Shown here one piece after another: positions 1-13,529 of a stretch of 64,000 nt of DNA (position 1 is the stretch's first letter; every line of letters starts with the position of its first letter). The notes under the pieces are model-generated. The model was not told where the DNA came from. It was given only the letters and a program-made list of their open reading frames with translations, and ran no database searches. Source of the DNA: Macrostomum lignano (Eukaryota); contig NIVC01000797.1 of NCBI GenBank assembly GCA_002269645.1, positions 62,001 through 126,000 on the forward strand, given 5' to 3'. Made by a program: the position numbers and the translations under genes.

Positions 1-46
1 ACAGACAGACGGACAGACAGACAGACAGGCAGGCAGACAGGCAGGC

Positions 47-115
<69 letters not shown>

Positions 116-125
116 CAGACAAACG

Positions 126-165
<40 letters not shown>

Positions 166-214
166 CACAGACAGACAGACGGACAGACAGACAGACACAG
201 ACAGAAAGACAGAC

Positions 215-251
<37 letters not shown>

Positions 252-260
252 GACAGATAG
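1..260. repeat. (ACAG)n tetranucleotide microsatellite
   Basis: Direct reading: acagacagac... with occasional ggac/gcag/acac variants; runs off the window start. Confidence 0.97.
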
Positions 261-406
261 ACAACAGAATAAAAATTTACATAGCACATTAAAATACACG
301 ACAAACAAGCAACACTGATTTGAATTAAACAAAACTCTAAAAATAACCTTAAGTCTCTACTGTCGGTAGGTCTCATTAGCACAGCAAAGTTAGTAGTATT
401 GTGTTT

Positions 407-2585
407 TCAAATCGGTTTTCCAAAAGTGGAACCGAATGATGGCAGGCCGGAGTCGCCGCCGCCGATGCCCCAGTCGGCGTCAAGCGCCGACAAAGACTCC
501 AAGATGTCGTCTGGCAGGTCCTGCTGATCAACGCCTGCTGACTGTTGCTGCTGATTGGATGAGAACTGATCGGCAGCTACGGCTGGTTGATAGTAGCCAG
601 GCTGCATCTGAGGCTGATGGTTAATCTGAGCACCGCTTTGAGCACTCGGATAGGCTGTTGAATAATCAGCCGAGGATTGATGCTGGACATATTGCGGCTG
701 ATGAGGCGGAGGCTGCGACTGCCAGTTCATTTGCTGATGATGCTGCTGCTGATGCTGTTGCCACGGTTCCGGTTGAAACTGATGCATTGGCATCGGCTGC
801 TGCTGATGGTAGTGTTGCTGATTGTAAGCTGGCTGATGAGGATGCTGATGATGCTGATGAGGCTGATGAGGCATCATTGGCGATGGCATTGGCGACATAA
901 AAGACTGCTGCTGCTGAGGTGTTTGGGTGCTCGCCATAGGCTGCATTGAGTAGCTCTGCTGCTGCTGCTGCTGCTGCTGGGGATAAGGCTGATGTTGATG
1001 AAGCTGAAGCTGCTGATGCTGCTGAACAAACTGATGCTGAGGCGTCGGATGCTGCGCCACCAGCTGTGTTTGAGCGGGAGACCCGACAGTTGCTGGCGCC
1101 GGTGCCGCTGGCGAGACTGGTTGCTTTTTCTTGTGCGACTTTTTCTTAGCAGCAGCCCCTGCTGCCGCGGCTCCGGCGGCTGATTTCGAATTTCTTCGCT
1201 GCGGCTGCGGCTGAGGCGTTGAAGGCGACGGCGCCGCCGACGGCTTGCCAGCTGTTGACGATGACGAGGACCAGCGGCCGTTGCCGCTGCTGCTGAGTGC
1301 CTGGATTAGACAGAGGGTGGTTCGTATGGCCTTGGATGCGACTCTTGGCTTTGTAATTCCCATGGAAAAACCGTCACAGTACTCAGTCCCGGCGCAATGC
1401 CATTTCTAGCAGAAATTGTCCATATAAGTAGCAAAAATATTACATAGGAAAACGCAAAAATAATTTTTTTCGGATAATCAGTAACGATATCTGTTCTAAA
1501 GGGATTCTAAAAACCAAGACGGAGGGAGGGTTCAAGAGGGAGTAATAGATGCAATGGAATCGAAGGGAATGCCAAAAAAAGGGTTTACAAAAATTCACTG
1601 GCGCATTTCCACTGCCAGGATCAACTGCCAAACCTAACTCAAACCCTAACTATAAAATCTAACCTAACCCTATCCTTAACCTAAATCTAATATAACCTTA
1701 ACCTAACCTTAAACTAAATCTAACCTAAACCTAAACTTAAACTAAATCTAACCTTAACCTAAACCTAACCTTAACCTAAACCTAACCTTAAACTAAATCT
1801 AACCTTAACCTAAACCTAACCTTAAACTAAATCTAACCTTAACCTAAACCTAACCTTAAACTAAATCTAACCTTAACCTAAACGTAACCTTAAACTAAAT
1901 CTAACCTCAACCTAAACCTAACGTTAAACTAAATCTAACCTTAACCTAAACCTAACCTTAAACTAAATCTAACCTTAACCTAAACCTAACCTTAAACTAA
2001 ATCTAACCTTAACCTAAACCTAACCTTAAACTAAATCTAACCTTAACCTAAATCTAACCTTTAACTAAATCTAACCTTAACTAATTAAATCTAACCTTAA
2101 CCTAGACCTAACTTGACCCAAACCTAGCCAAACCTAACCATAAGCGAAACCTAACCTTAACCTAAACCTAACTTAACCCTAACCTAAACCCTATCATAAA
2201 GATTTAATTCCTAATCTAAATCGACCTTAGTTAATTTTCGTTCTTTCTCCACAAAGCTATAGTTAAATGGAATCCAAACGGATAGGGAATCCTGAGGAAA
2301 TTAAACTGAATCCAAAGGGAATTCTGAAAAATGCACATCGTACTTAAAGAACAATTCCTAATACTCACCTGAGTCAAACGATTCTCAGCCTCTGGCGAGC
2401 CCATTTCGGAAATACTGCGCACAAAATTGTCAATAAAATTATCAACAGAATCGCCGGAATTTGTTACTACCGAGGAAGGAGTAGCCGCTGTTGGAACTTG
2501 CTGAGCAGTTGCAGACAATTGAGAAGATAAGAACGTTTGAGACGGCTGAATAGGTTGAGGCTGCTGCTGCTGTTGTTGATGTTGC

Positions 2586-2616
<31 letters not shown>

Positions 2617-5600
2617 GCAGCTGTTGCTGTTGTTGCAGCTGTTGTTGTTGCAGCTGTTGCTGTTGTTGTTGCTGTTGCTGCTGCTGTTGTTGTTGTTGTT
2701 GCAGCTGCTGTTGCAGTTGTTGCTGTTTCTGCTGCTGTTGTTGTTGTGGCTGTTGCTGCTGCTGCACCGGCCGCATTGTAACACCCAACGTCGACGGCCT
2801 ATTACGGCCAGCAGCTGCGGCCATCTTCGCCGCGAACTCTTCCACCCTAGCGTTAGTAGCCGCAATGGCTTGAATATCGGAGGTGGATAATTGACGGGCT
2901 GGCAAACCGGCCCCAGTTGATGCTGTTGTCGATGTTGTTGCTGTTAAAGCAGCAGCAGAAGACTGCGACAGTTGCCTAGCTGGCAGCATCTGAGCGGAAG
3001 AATTGGCTCGCATCCCAGCCTGAGTAGTGATAGCCGGATTAACAGATTGAGCATCGGCAACAGTTGACGCAGCGGCAGTGACGGAGGAATTTGTCGTGGC
3101 AGTAATACTACTACTATTAGTACTAGTAGTAGCAGTAGCAGAAGATTTCGGTCTAACAGCGTACATTTTGCCATTAGGCAATTGCATATAGGAAGCTGTA
3201 CGACTTTTCAGCATAGTAACCGGGGTGCCTGCCGGAATGCGGGATTGAATAGGCTTGCCATCCATAGTGTTCACGCCAGGCGGCGGCTTGCTGCACACAG
3301 TGATATCAGTGGTGACTACAATGTGCTCAATATTGAAGCCCTGCTGTTGCATAGAACGAAGAAAGGCGGCGCGTTTCTCGTATTGCATCTGCTGCTGCTG
3401 CTGCTGTTGTTGTTGAGCAGAGCTGAGCAACCGGTGCTGATGGAACTGCTGCTGACCCGGAGGTCCGCTGTTAATGAACCGACTCAGGTAGCTGCCACTG
3501 CCTCCGCTGCCATAGAAACCGGATTTAGTGAGCCCAGAGCTAGGAAAAGCTCTGGTGTCGATAATTGGGCCGTTGGTTGAGCCGCCGCTGGGCACATAGT
3601 GAGTAGAATAAGACTCTCGATAGGTCTGCCTACTAGACAGACCGCAGTGCATCTTGTCGCGTTCGTAAAATTCTCTGGCTTTACGCTTCTCGGCCCGGGT
3701 TAACTTAGCCTCCTGACGATCCAACAGCAGAGACTCGTGGGTGAAGGGCGCGTTAGTGAGCACTGCGCGGATACCGGATGTAGAGGAAGCTTCTTGAACG
3801 GTGGCGACTCCTTCGGCTTGGTCATCCTCGGCATCAGCGGATCCGAGTAAAATTCGTTCGAGCATAAAGTCTGGCGACTCTCTGATAGCAGCCTGGAGAA
3901 TATAGAGTTTGCATGTGGGTATATTAGCAAGCTGAAGGCATTGAGTCTGAAATTGTATCGGTGACCCACTAAAGACACGACACGGATAAATCAGTGACCC
4001 ACTAAAGACAGACACGGATAAATCAGTGACCCACTAAAGACACCACAGGGATAAATCAGTGACCCACTAAAGACAGACACGGATAAATCAGTGACCCACT
4101 AAAGACACGACACGGATAAATCAGTGACCCACTAAAGACACGACACGGATAAATCAGTGACCCACTAAAGACAGACACGGATAAATCAGTGACCCACTAA
4201 AGACACCACAGGGATAAATCAGTGACCCACTAAAGACAGACACGGATAAATCAGTGACCCACTAAAGACACGACACGGATAAATCAGTGACCCACTAAAG
4301 ACACGACACGGATAAATCAGTGACCCACTAAAGACACGACACGGATAAATCAGTGACCCACTAAAGACAGACACGGATAAATCAGTGACCCACTAAAGAC
4401 ACGACACGGATAAATCAGTGACCCACTAAAGACACGACACGGATAAATCAGTGACCCACTAAAGACACGACACTGATAAATCAGTGACCCACTAAAGACA
4501 CGACACGGATAAATCAGTGACCCACTAAAGACACGACACGGATAAATCAGTGACCCACTAAAGACACCACACGGATAAATCAGTGACCCACTAAAGACAC
4601 GACACGGATAAATCAGTGACCCACTAAATACACTACATGGATAAATCACTGACCCACTAAAGACACGACACGGATAAATCAGTGACCCACTAAAGACACC
4701 ACACGGATAAATCAGTGACCCACTAAAGACACCAGACGGATAAATCAGTGACCCACTAAATACACTACATGGATAGATCAGTGACCCACTAAAGACACGA
4801 CACGGATAAATCAGTGACCCACTAAAGACACGACACGGATAGATCAGTGACCCACTAAAGACACGACACGGATAAATCAGTGACCCACTAAAGACACCAC
4901 ACGGAAAAATCAGTGACCCACTAAAGACACGACACGGATAAATCAGTGACCCACTAAATACACTACATGGATAGATCAGTGACCCACTAAAGACACGACA
5001 CGGATAAATCAGTGACCCACTAAAGACACCACACGGATAGATCAGTGACCCACTAAAGACACGACACGGATAAATCAGTGACCCACTAAATACACTACAC
5101 GGAAAAATCAGTGACCCACTAAAGACACGACACGGATAAATCAGTGACCCACTAAAGACACCACACGGATAAATCAGTGACCCACTAAAGACACGACACG
5201 GATAAATCAGTGACCCACTAAATACACGACACGGATAAATCAGTGACCCACTAAAGACACGACACGGATAAATCAGTGACCCACTAAATACACTACATGG
5301 ATAAATCACTGACCCACTAAAGACACGACACGGATAAATCAGTGACCCACTAAAGACACCACACGGATAAATCAGTGACCCACTAAAGACACCAGACGGA
5401 TAAATCAGTGACCCACTAAATACACTACATGGATAGATCAGTGACCCACTAAAGACAGACACGGATAAATCAGTAACCCACTAAAGACACCACACGGATA
5501 AATCAGTGACCCACTAAAGACACGACACGGATAAATCAGTGACCCACTAAATACACTACATGGATAAATCACTGACCCACTAAAGACACGACACGGATAA

Positions 5601-8600
5601 ATCAGTGACCCACTAAATACACTACATGGATAAATCACTGACCCACTAAAGACACGACACGGATAAATCAGTGACCCACTAAAGACACCACACGGATAAA
5701 TCAGTGACCCACTAAAGACACCAGACGGATAAATCAGTGACCCACTAAATACACTACATGGATAGATCAGTGACCCACTAAAGACAGACACGGATAAATC
5801 AGTAACCCACTAAAGACACCACACGGATAAATCAGTGACCCACTAAAGACACGACACGGATAAATCAGTGACCCACTAAATACACTACATGGATAAATCA
5901 CTGACCCACTAAAGACACGACACGGATAAATCAGTGACCCACTAAATACACTACATGGATAAATCACTGACCCACTAAAGACACCACACGGATAAATCAG
6001 TGACCCACTAAAGACACCACACGGATAAATCAGTGACCCACTAAAGACACCAGACGGATAAATCAGTGACCCACTAAATACACTACATGGATAGATCAGT
6101 GACCCACTAAAGACAGACACGGATAAATCAGTAACCCACTAAAGACACCACACGGATAAATCAGTGACCCACTAAAGACACGACACGGATAAATTAGTGA
6201 CCCACTAAAGACACGACACGGATAAATCAGTGACCCACTAAATACACTACATGGATAAATCACTGACCCACTAAAGACACCACACGGATAAATCAGTGAC
6301 CCACTAAAGACACGACACGGATAAATCAGTGACTTACTAAAGACACCGCAGGGATAATCAGTGACCCACAGGGATGAATCCGTGACCCACAAAAAGACCC
6401 CAGAGATACATCAGTAACTCAGTGAAGAACTCAGAGGAAAAGTCACAAACAATACATGAAAAGAACATTACCTGAACAGCTTCTTGAGTTGGCGGCTTTA
6501 ACTCAGCATCGCTAGGCCGATAATCCATCAGCAGCATGACCTGTTGCCGGGTGAACTGACAATTCGGATTCATCTCGTCAACAATTCGATCAGCAACGCT
6601 CTGCTTGGATACTTGCCGATCGTAAATCTTTCTCTCCATAGTGTTGTCAGTGATTAGCCGGTAGATATAGCACGGCTTAACCTGGCCGTATCTATACACT
6701 CGGCAAACGGCCTGACAATCGTGACAAGGATTCCAAGAAGCGTCCATGACAACTACGCGATTAGCGCCAATCAGATTGATGCCCAAACAGCCGGCCCTGG
6801 TGCTGAGCAGGAAGAGTTTGGCTGAGCTGTCCGTTGAATTAAACGAATTTATCATCTTCTCGCGATCGCTGGCGACTGTAGAACCGTCCAACCGAAAATA
6901 GGACACACCTTTGCACCATTTGATACCATCCTGCGATTCTGGATCTACTGGCCAGGTGCGCAAGAACTGCTCCAATAAGTCTAGAGTGAACAGCGACTGA
7001 CTAAACACCAATAGTCTATCGTCGCGACTAACTGATTCGTTTAATATGCGCTGGAATGCGAGTATTTTAGCTCCATTCTCTAGCAAATTTGGCTTGTAAT
7101 TCTTCATGATTTCCTCAGCCCAATCTAGCGACAACACGGCATTGTCATTGTTAGTCAGACTGCCGACATTGTTAAACAAATCGCTATTGTCGCTTTTCTG
7201 CACTGTGCTACGACGGCCGCGACTTTTCTTGGCCGGCGCAGCCGCCGAAGTTGAAGAGGTTGAAGCGACGGACTCGGCTAGCGAGGCGCCGCTCTGAACA
7301 GGAGTCAAACCGGCGGAGTCCTTGGCGCTGCCGGTCCCATCGACATCGCAGGTGTAATCAATATCCAGATCGTCAGCAGCGGCAGCCAGATTCGATGCTT
7401 TCGCTTGCAACAAGTGATAGAGAATGTCCGGATGATTCCAGATTTTGCAACCGACAGCGAATGCTTTCAAAGGATTTGCGGCCGCCCAGCCTGACAGGCC
7501 ATCGGATTGCAGACTCTGCATGAACCTGGAGTACAGGGCCTCCTGAATCGGACTCATTCTCAACAGTAGGACAAATTCAGTCTTCGGCGGCAACGATTTC
7601 TGCAGCACCGAATGCGACCGACGTTGGACGAAACCGGACAAGAGTTCGTGCAAGACGTGCGCCCTGTAGCGCATGAGTTTCCGATCGGACAGAGTGGAAT
7701 CGACACACTGACCGTTGCTAATTGGCCGCTCGAACATATTTGAGAACTGCTGTTTGGTACCAAGAAAATTTGGCCTAACAAAATCTACCATGCACCAGTA
7801 CTCTAGCAGGTTGTTCTGCAGCGGATAGCCGGTCATTACCACGCGTCTTCGTGTTTTTAAATTTTTCAACGCTTTACTAATTCCGGCTGCCGAATTCTTA
7901 ATCCGATGACCCTCGTCGCAGATGACCACCTGGGGTCCCGGATCTACTAGGGCTGAGCGGACCTGCTCCCAAATGGTCAGGGCTTCGTCTTCTTTGTCCA
8001 CGTCAATCACAATGGGATCTGGTTCCGGTTTCGGCTGGGATTGGGATTGACTGCCGCTTTGAGTCTGCAGGCTGGCCGAGCTGCCGGATCTGCGACTCAA
8101 CGAGCGAGACGAGTTGCTGCCGCCGCCGCCGCCAGTCTTGTAGCGCTTCTGCAACAGCAGGCGGAACATCTCGTAGCCTAGCAACAGGACGCCGCCAGCC
8201 TCCTGCCATTGGCTGATTACTCTGTGCCTGCAATGTTGGGCAGTGAGTGATTTATTGAGACTTTCAAGTGGGAGATAAATGCACTGATTAAATTAGTTAT
8301 TAAGTGAGTGAATGATTGGGTAAATAATTAAGTAAATGAATGAGTGAACGATCTAGTAAATGAGTGAATTATTGAGTAAATGAGTGAATGATTGAGTAAA
8401 TGAGTGAATGATTGAGTGAATGGTCGAGTAAATGAGTGAATGATTGAGTAAATGAGTGAATTATTGAGTAAATGAGTGCATGATCGAGTAAATGAGTAAA
8501 TGATTGAGTAAATGAATGAGTGAGCGATCTAGTAAATGAGTGAATGATTGAGTGAATGAGTGAATGATTGAGTGAATGAGTGAATGAGTGAATGATTGAG

Positions 8601-11600
8601 TGAATGATTGAATGAATGAGTGAATGATTGAGTGAATGAGTGAATGATTGAGTGAATGAGTGAATGATTGAATGAGTGAATGATTGAGTGAATGAGTGAA
8701 TGATTGAGTGAATGATTGAGTGAATGAGTGAATGATTGAGTGAATGAGTGAATGAGTGAATGATTGAGTGAATGAGTGAATGATTGAGTGAATGAGTGAA
8801 TGAGTGAATGATTGAGTGAATGATTGAGTGAATGAGTGAATGATTGAGTGAATGAGTGAATGAGTGAATGATTGAGTGAATGATTGAATGAATGAGTGAA
8901 TGATTGAGTGAATGAGTGAATGATTGAGTGAATGAGTGAATGATTGAGTGAATGAGTGAATGATTGAGTGAATGAGTGAATGATTGAGTGAGTGAGTGAA
9001 TGATTGAGTGAATGGTTGAGTAAATGAGTGAATGATCGAGTAAATGAGTGAATTATTAAGTAAGTGAGTGAATGGTTGAGTAAATTATTGAATAGTCGAG
9101 TAAATTATTGAATGGTCGAGTAAATGAGTGAATTATTAAGTAAGTGAGTGAATGGTCGACTAAATGAGTGAATTAATGATCAAGTGAGTTAATGATTGAA
9201 TGCGTGAGTGAGTGAGCGAGCGACTTACCTGGCGGTCATAGTCTTGCAGGAGTCGCTAATAACGTGCAGTGCAAATTTGCGCTTATCAGCCTCATCCGGA
9301 CAGGCGGCCTCATCAACCGGCAGCCAGTGATTGAACTCCGCCACCCAATTCTGAATGGTGTTGATTGGCACAATGATAAGCACCGATTTCACGCCTACTC
9401 CGCTAAATAAAGCGTGGCAGAAGGCGCACACCTGAAATTATGCGAGAAATAAGATCTCTTCACGTTTTTTTTTAGAAAATTAAATTCAGAGAGAATTTTA
9501 ATAAAGTTAAACACAGGTTGTCAAAGCTGTAAATCTCTTTGTTCAATGGGCATGCCAGTTGTCTAATAGAGTCCGAACTCTAATCTAACAGGCTTAAAGA
9601 CCTTACCTAACAGTTATAGAGCCATTATCTAACAGGCAAAAAGACCTTATCTAACAGTTACGGAGCCATTATCTAACAGGCATAAATACCTTATCTAACA
9701 GTTAGAGAGCCCTTATCCAACAGGTGTAAAGGCCTTATCCAACAGTTACAGAGTCATTATCCAACAGTTACAGAGCATTTATGTAATAGGCATAAATACC
9801 TTATGTAACAGTTAGAGAGTCCTTATCCAAAAGTTACAGAGCCCTTATCTAAAAGTTACAGAGCCCTTACCAACAGTTACAGAGTCCCTATCCAACAGTT
9901 ACAGAGCCCTTATCTAAAAGTTACAGAGCCCTTACCAACAGTTACAGAGTCCCTTACCAACAGTTACAGAGTCCCTATCCAACAGTTACAGAGCCCTTAT
10001 CTAACAGGCATAAATACCTTATGTAACAGTTAGAGAGCCCTTATCCAATAGGTGTAAAGACCTTATCTAACAGTTACAGAGTCCTTATCCAAAAGTTACA
10101 AAGCCCTTATTTAAAAGTTAAAGAGCCCTTATCTAACAGTTAAAGAGCCCTTATCTAACAGGCATAAATACCTTATCTAACAGTTACAGAGTCCTTATCT
10201 AAAAGTTACAGAGACCTTACCAACAGTTACAGAGCCCTTATCTAACAGGCATAAATACCTTATCCAACAGTTACAGAGCCCTTATCTAACAGGTGCAAAG
10301 ACCTTATCTAAAAGTTACTGAGGCCTTATCTAACAGTTACAGAGCCTTTATCTAGCAGATGCAAAGCAAAGCCAAATATAAAAAGCAACAAAAGTGTCCA
10401 TCGCACACCAACCTGCAGAGTCTTGCCCAGTCCCATACTGTGCGCCAGTATACAACCAAATCCTGGCGTACTATTAAACAATTGCAAATTCTCCACAACA
10501 TTATCGTATAGGAAACGAACTCCGCCAATTTGATGCGGCCTAATAGCCTTGGCTATCCGGCTTGGCAAATAGATGTCGCTATCGTCCTGCGGATGACTGA
10601 CATTCACCAGTACGCGACCAGATACATCTGGCACATTGTGCTCATCTTTAGCATGCTTGCCGTCAACATCAACGCCATCGTCTTCGTCTTCTTTATCGGC
10701 GGCGGCGTCGGAGTCTTCATTGCCGGCATCCTCATTATCGTCGCTGTCAATCACGATAGTCTCCTGTTGCTGCTGCAGCGGCGAAGACACGCCTCGGCCA
10801 GTGAGCAGCTGATTTAAACTGCTGTACTGCGGCACCCGATTGAGCAGGTTGCGACCGACAGAGAAATTCGACGAAGAATAATAGCCAGAAGACGATGAGG
10901 GAGCGGATGGTATTAAGAATTTGGCTGACGCGGACGTTGGCGAAGATGTCTTGGATCGTTTCGCTGGAGGCGGTTCCACGATGCAACAGGCGTCATCGTC
11001 TTCTTCGTCATCACGATCCTCATCCTCATCATTCGTCTTATCGGCTTTCGAGCCTGTAGTAGAAGTTTCAGCGGCTGCTGCTGCTTTTGCTGCTAAGCGA
11101 TCTTCTTTAGTTTCAAGCAGAGTTTCTAAGGTGGACGCCTTGGCGGCTGCGGCGGAGGCGGAGGCCTGCTGCTGCTTCTCTTGGATTCGCTTTCTACGCT
11201 CCATCTCGGCTTTTTGAGCTTCGAGTGTCGCTTTGTCAACTTTTGTGTCGCGTATTCGACGAATATTGCGACGCTCGAATAGAGTCTTGGATTGCTTGGT
11301 GGGACTGTCTTCGGATGTCGGGGCAGCCGCCGCCGAAGATGCCGGGGTCTGCTGGCGCTGGCGTCTGCGATGGCGGGTGGGTGACAGGTGCGGCATGGAG
11401 CTTGCTGGGGATCTGGGAGAGGTAAAGAGTCATGGGGATCTGGGAGAGGTGAAGAGTCATGGGGATCTGGGAGAGGTGAAGAGTCATGGGGATCTGGGAG
11501 TGTAGCGCCATGGGGATCTGGGAGAGGTGAAGAGTCATGGGGATCTGGGAGAGGTGAAGAGTCATGGGGATCTGGGAGAGGTGAAGAGTCATGGGAATCT

Positions 11601-13162
11601 GGGTGTGTAGCGCCATGGGATCTGGGAGAGGTGGAGTCATGGGGATCTGGGAGAGGTGAAGAGTCATGGGGATCTGGGAAGAGTCATGGGGATCTGGGAG
11701 ACGTGAGAAATGTGAGATGTGAGCATGTGAGAAATCGACTATTTTGTGCAACCAGCATTTTGTATTTCATCACTTACTTTGCCTCTTTTGCTGCAGCTTT
11801 GATCAATTCGTTCTGATCCACACCTGGCGGCAGCAGATCCTCGGCCGATTTACCTGCATTGTCATCCTCATCACAGTCTTCTTCTGTAGAATCTTCGTCG
11901 TCGTCGTCGTCGTTGAAATCTTCGTCGAATTCTGCAGTTCCATGTTCAGCCGGACTGTCTTCGACTCCGGCTTCAGAGAAGAAGAAATCGGTGGGGTCGC
12001 ACTCGTCCGATACGAGGCAGTCCAGGCCCATGATTTCCGCCACGGCCGCTTCGGCAGCTGCTTCCACAGCGTCACCGTTTGCGGCGGACTGCGCTTGATC
12101 TAATTGATAAAGAAAGATAATAGTAGCAACAGCATGGGGATGGGAGAGTGGAGACGGCGCAGCAACTGAGGATCTGTGAGGCTGGCCCAGCAACTGACAC
12201 TCTGGGAGGCTGGCCCAGCAACTGAGGATCTGGGAGGCTGGTCCAGCAACTGAGGATTCAGGAAGCTGGCCCAGCAACTGAGGATCTGGGAGGCTGGCAC
12301 AGCAACTGAGGATCTGGGAGGCTGGCCCAGCAACTGACACTCTGGGAGGCTGGCCTAGCAACTGACACTCTGGGAGGCTAGCCCAGTAACTAAGGATCTG
12401 GGAGGCTGGGCCAGCAACTGAGGATTTAGGAGGCTGGCCCAGCAATTGACACTCTAGGAGAGGCTAGCACAGCAACTGACACTCTGGGAGGCTGGCCCAG
12501 CATCTGACACTCTGGGAGGCTGGCCCAGCAACTGAGGATCTGGGAGGCTGGCCCTGCAACTGGGGATCTGGGAGGCTGGCCCTGCAACTGGGGATCTGGG
12601 AGGCTGGCCCAGCAACTGACACTCTGGGAGGCTGGCCCAGCAACTGACACTCTGGGAGGCTGGCCCAGCAACTGACACTCTGGGAGGCTGGTCCAGCAAC
12701 TGACACTCTGGGAGGCTGGCCCTGCAACTGACACTCTGGGAGGCTGGCCCAGCAACTGACACTCTGGGAGGCTGGCCCAGCAACTGCGGATCTTGAAGCG
12801 TCTGAGGATCTGGAGCAAATAAAGTTAAAGACCCAAATTTCATAGTCTAAACCAAGTGCACGTTCGCAGGGGCATTGCAAAAAAGTTTTATATTGCTTAC
12901 TAATTGCAGCAGAGTTTTGAACGCTTGAAAGCGCATCATTTTCTTCTAAAACCGACATCGGTTTAGCAGTGTCACGCACTGAAGCAGACTCTCCACTACC
13001 GTTGATGCCAACTGTAGTCAAGTCCTGCTTCTGCTGAAGATCTTGCTTCATCAGCAATTTCTGTTGTTGTTCCTCCTCTTCTTGCTGTTGCCCATTAAAT
13101 GATTCAAGAGAATTATTGAAGCCGAATACCTGGGAATCGCGGTGCACAATAGCTTTGCTCAT
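407..13162 (-). CDS. RAD54L2: Helicase ARIP4 / RAD54-like 2 (SNF2-family ATPase), 7 coding exons, ~1986 aa
   Basis: Exons (minus strand): 13162-12901, 12099-11778, 11412-10413, 9431-9229, 8227-6472, 3892-2369, 1300-407. All introns are GT-AG with matching phases (1,2,0,2,0,0); total 5961 nt = 1987 codons; in-frame TAA upstream of ATG 13162. Motifs: GFGCILAHSMGLGKTLQ (Walker A), ICDEGHRIKN (Walker B), TGYPLQNNLLEYWCMVDFVRPNFLG, RLDGST, FLLSTRAGCLGINLIGANRVVVMDASWNPCHDCQAVCRVYRYGQ, and the ARIP4-type post-helicase FTHESLLLDRQEAKLTRAEKR. The exon 6 acceptor could alternatively be at 3946 (same phase). Confidence 0.93.
1630..2195. repeat. AT-rich degenerate (CCTAA/CCTTAA/TCTAA)n array in RAD54L2 intron 6
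   Basis: Repeated aacctaaacctaaccttaaactaaatct; telomere-like but not canonical TTAGGG. Confidence 0.9.
2548..2765 (-). repeat. Coding CAG/CAA repeat giving a ~70-residue polyglutamine tract in RAD54L2 exon 6
   Basis: Plus strand (ctg/ttg)n; translated QQQQQPQQQQQQKQQQLQQQ... in the ORF at 2231-4015. Confidence 0.9.
3960..6370. repeat. 33-bp minisatellite (cagtgacccactaaagacacgacacggataaat), ~70 units, RAD54L2 intron 5
   Basis: 11-aa periodic ORFs (CRVFSGSLIYP); 32-bp variant units; 329-bp higher-order period at the right end. Confidence 0.97.
8300..9220. repeat. (GAGTGAAT / GAGTGAATGATT)n array in RAD54L2 intron 4
   Basis: Direct reading of mixed 8- and 12-bp units. Confidence 0.95.
9583..10345. 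repeat. Degenerate ~22-bp minisatellite (atctaacagttacagagccctt) in RAD54L2 intron 3
   Basis: Direct reading. Confidence 0.92.
11407..11700. repeat. 27-bp minisatellite (sense: atccccatgactcttcacctctcccag) in RAD54L2 intron 2, overlapping the 3' splice site
   Basis: 9-aa periodic ORF SQIPMTLHL; the last unit's CAG (11415-11413) is the phase-compatible acceptor for exon 3. Confidence 0.92.
12165..12812 (-). repeat. 28-bp minisatellite (atcctcagttgctgggccagcctcccag), array 1, RAD54L2 intron 1
   Basis: 28-aa (3-unit) periodic ORFs SSVAGPASQILSCWASLPDPQLLGQPPR; same family as 33940 and 37855. Confidence 0.95.
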
Positions 13163-13529
13163 GCTTGCTAGACTGCCACCAGATTAGAGCATTCTCTTGG
13201 CTTGCAGCAAGCATATGAATTTTTGTAATTCTTCTTTGTTCTGTAGCCAAAAATCAGGAAATTATTAACAATGTTTATATTGCTCAATAACAATGCCAAG
13301 AATGTTTTTTAAATAAGGATTGATTGTAGCCAAGAAAAATAATCTTATACTGTTTTTTTCAGTATTGAACAAATCAGGATTGATTGTAGCCAAGAAAAAT
13401 AATCTTATACTGTTTTTTTCAGTATACACAGCACTAAGTCATCGCTAGTGGTCGAACTAGTCGCCAGAGAACATTTGTTGCAGAGTTTTGCTGAGTTGAT
13501 GATTGTTCATTGTCTTATTGTCTTAAAAA

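Noticed and set aside
436-1183. Plus-strand ORFs opposite the RAD54L2 last exon (and 2467-3580, 10530-11217)
   Set aside because: Antisense shadows of CAG/GCT-rich coding sequence.
1630-2195. Telomeric or interstitial telomere repeat (also CTAGGG at 36.5-37.2 kb and ATAGGG at 63.8 kb)
   Set aside because: No runs of canonical (TTAGGG)n; the hexamer-like words are parts of longer units.
3960-6370. Long periodic ORFs (370 aa CRVFSGSLIYP; also 39219-40463, 45444-47359, 58913-59735, 61114-63697)
   Set aside because: They are translations of stop-free minisatellite or microsatellite units inside introns or spacers, with no splice or domain support.
13316-13425. 60-bp direct duplication upstream of RAD54L2 exon 1
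   Set aside because: A simple two-copy local duplication in AT-rich DNA with no functional signal.
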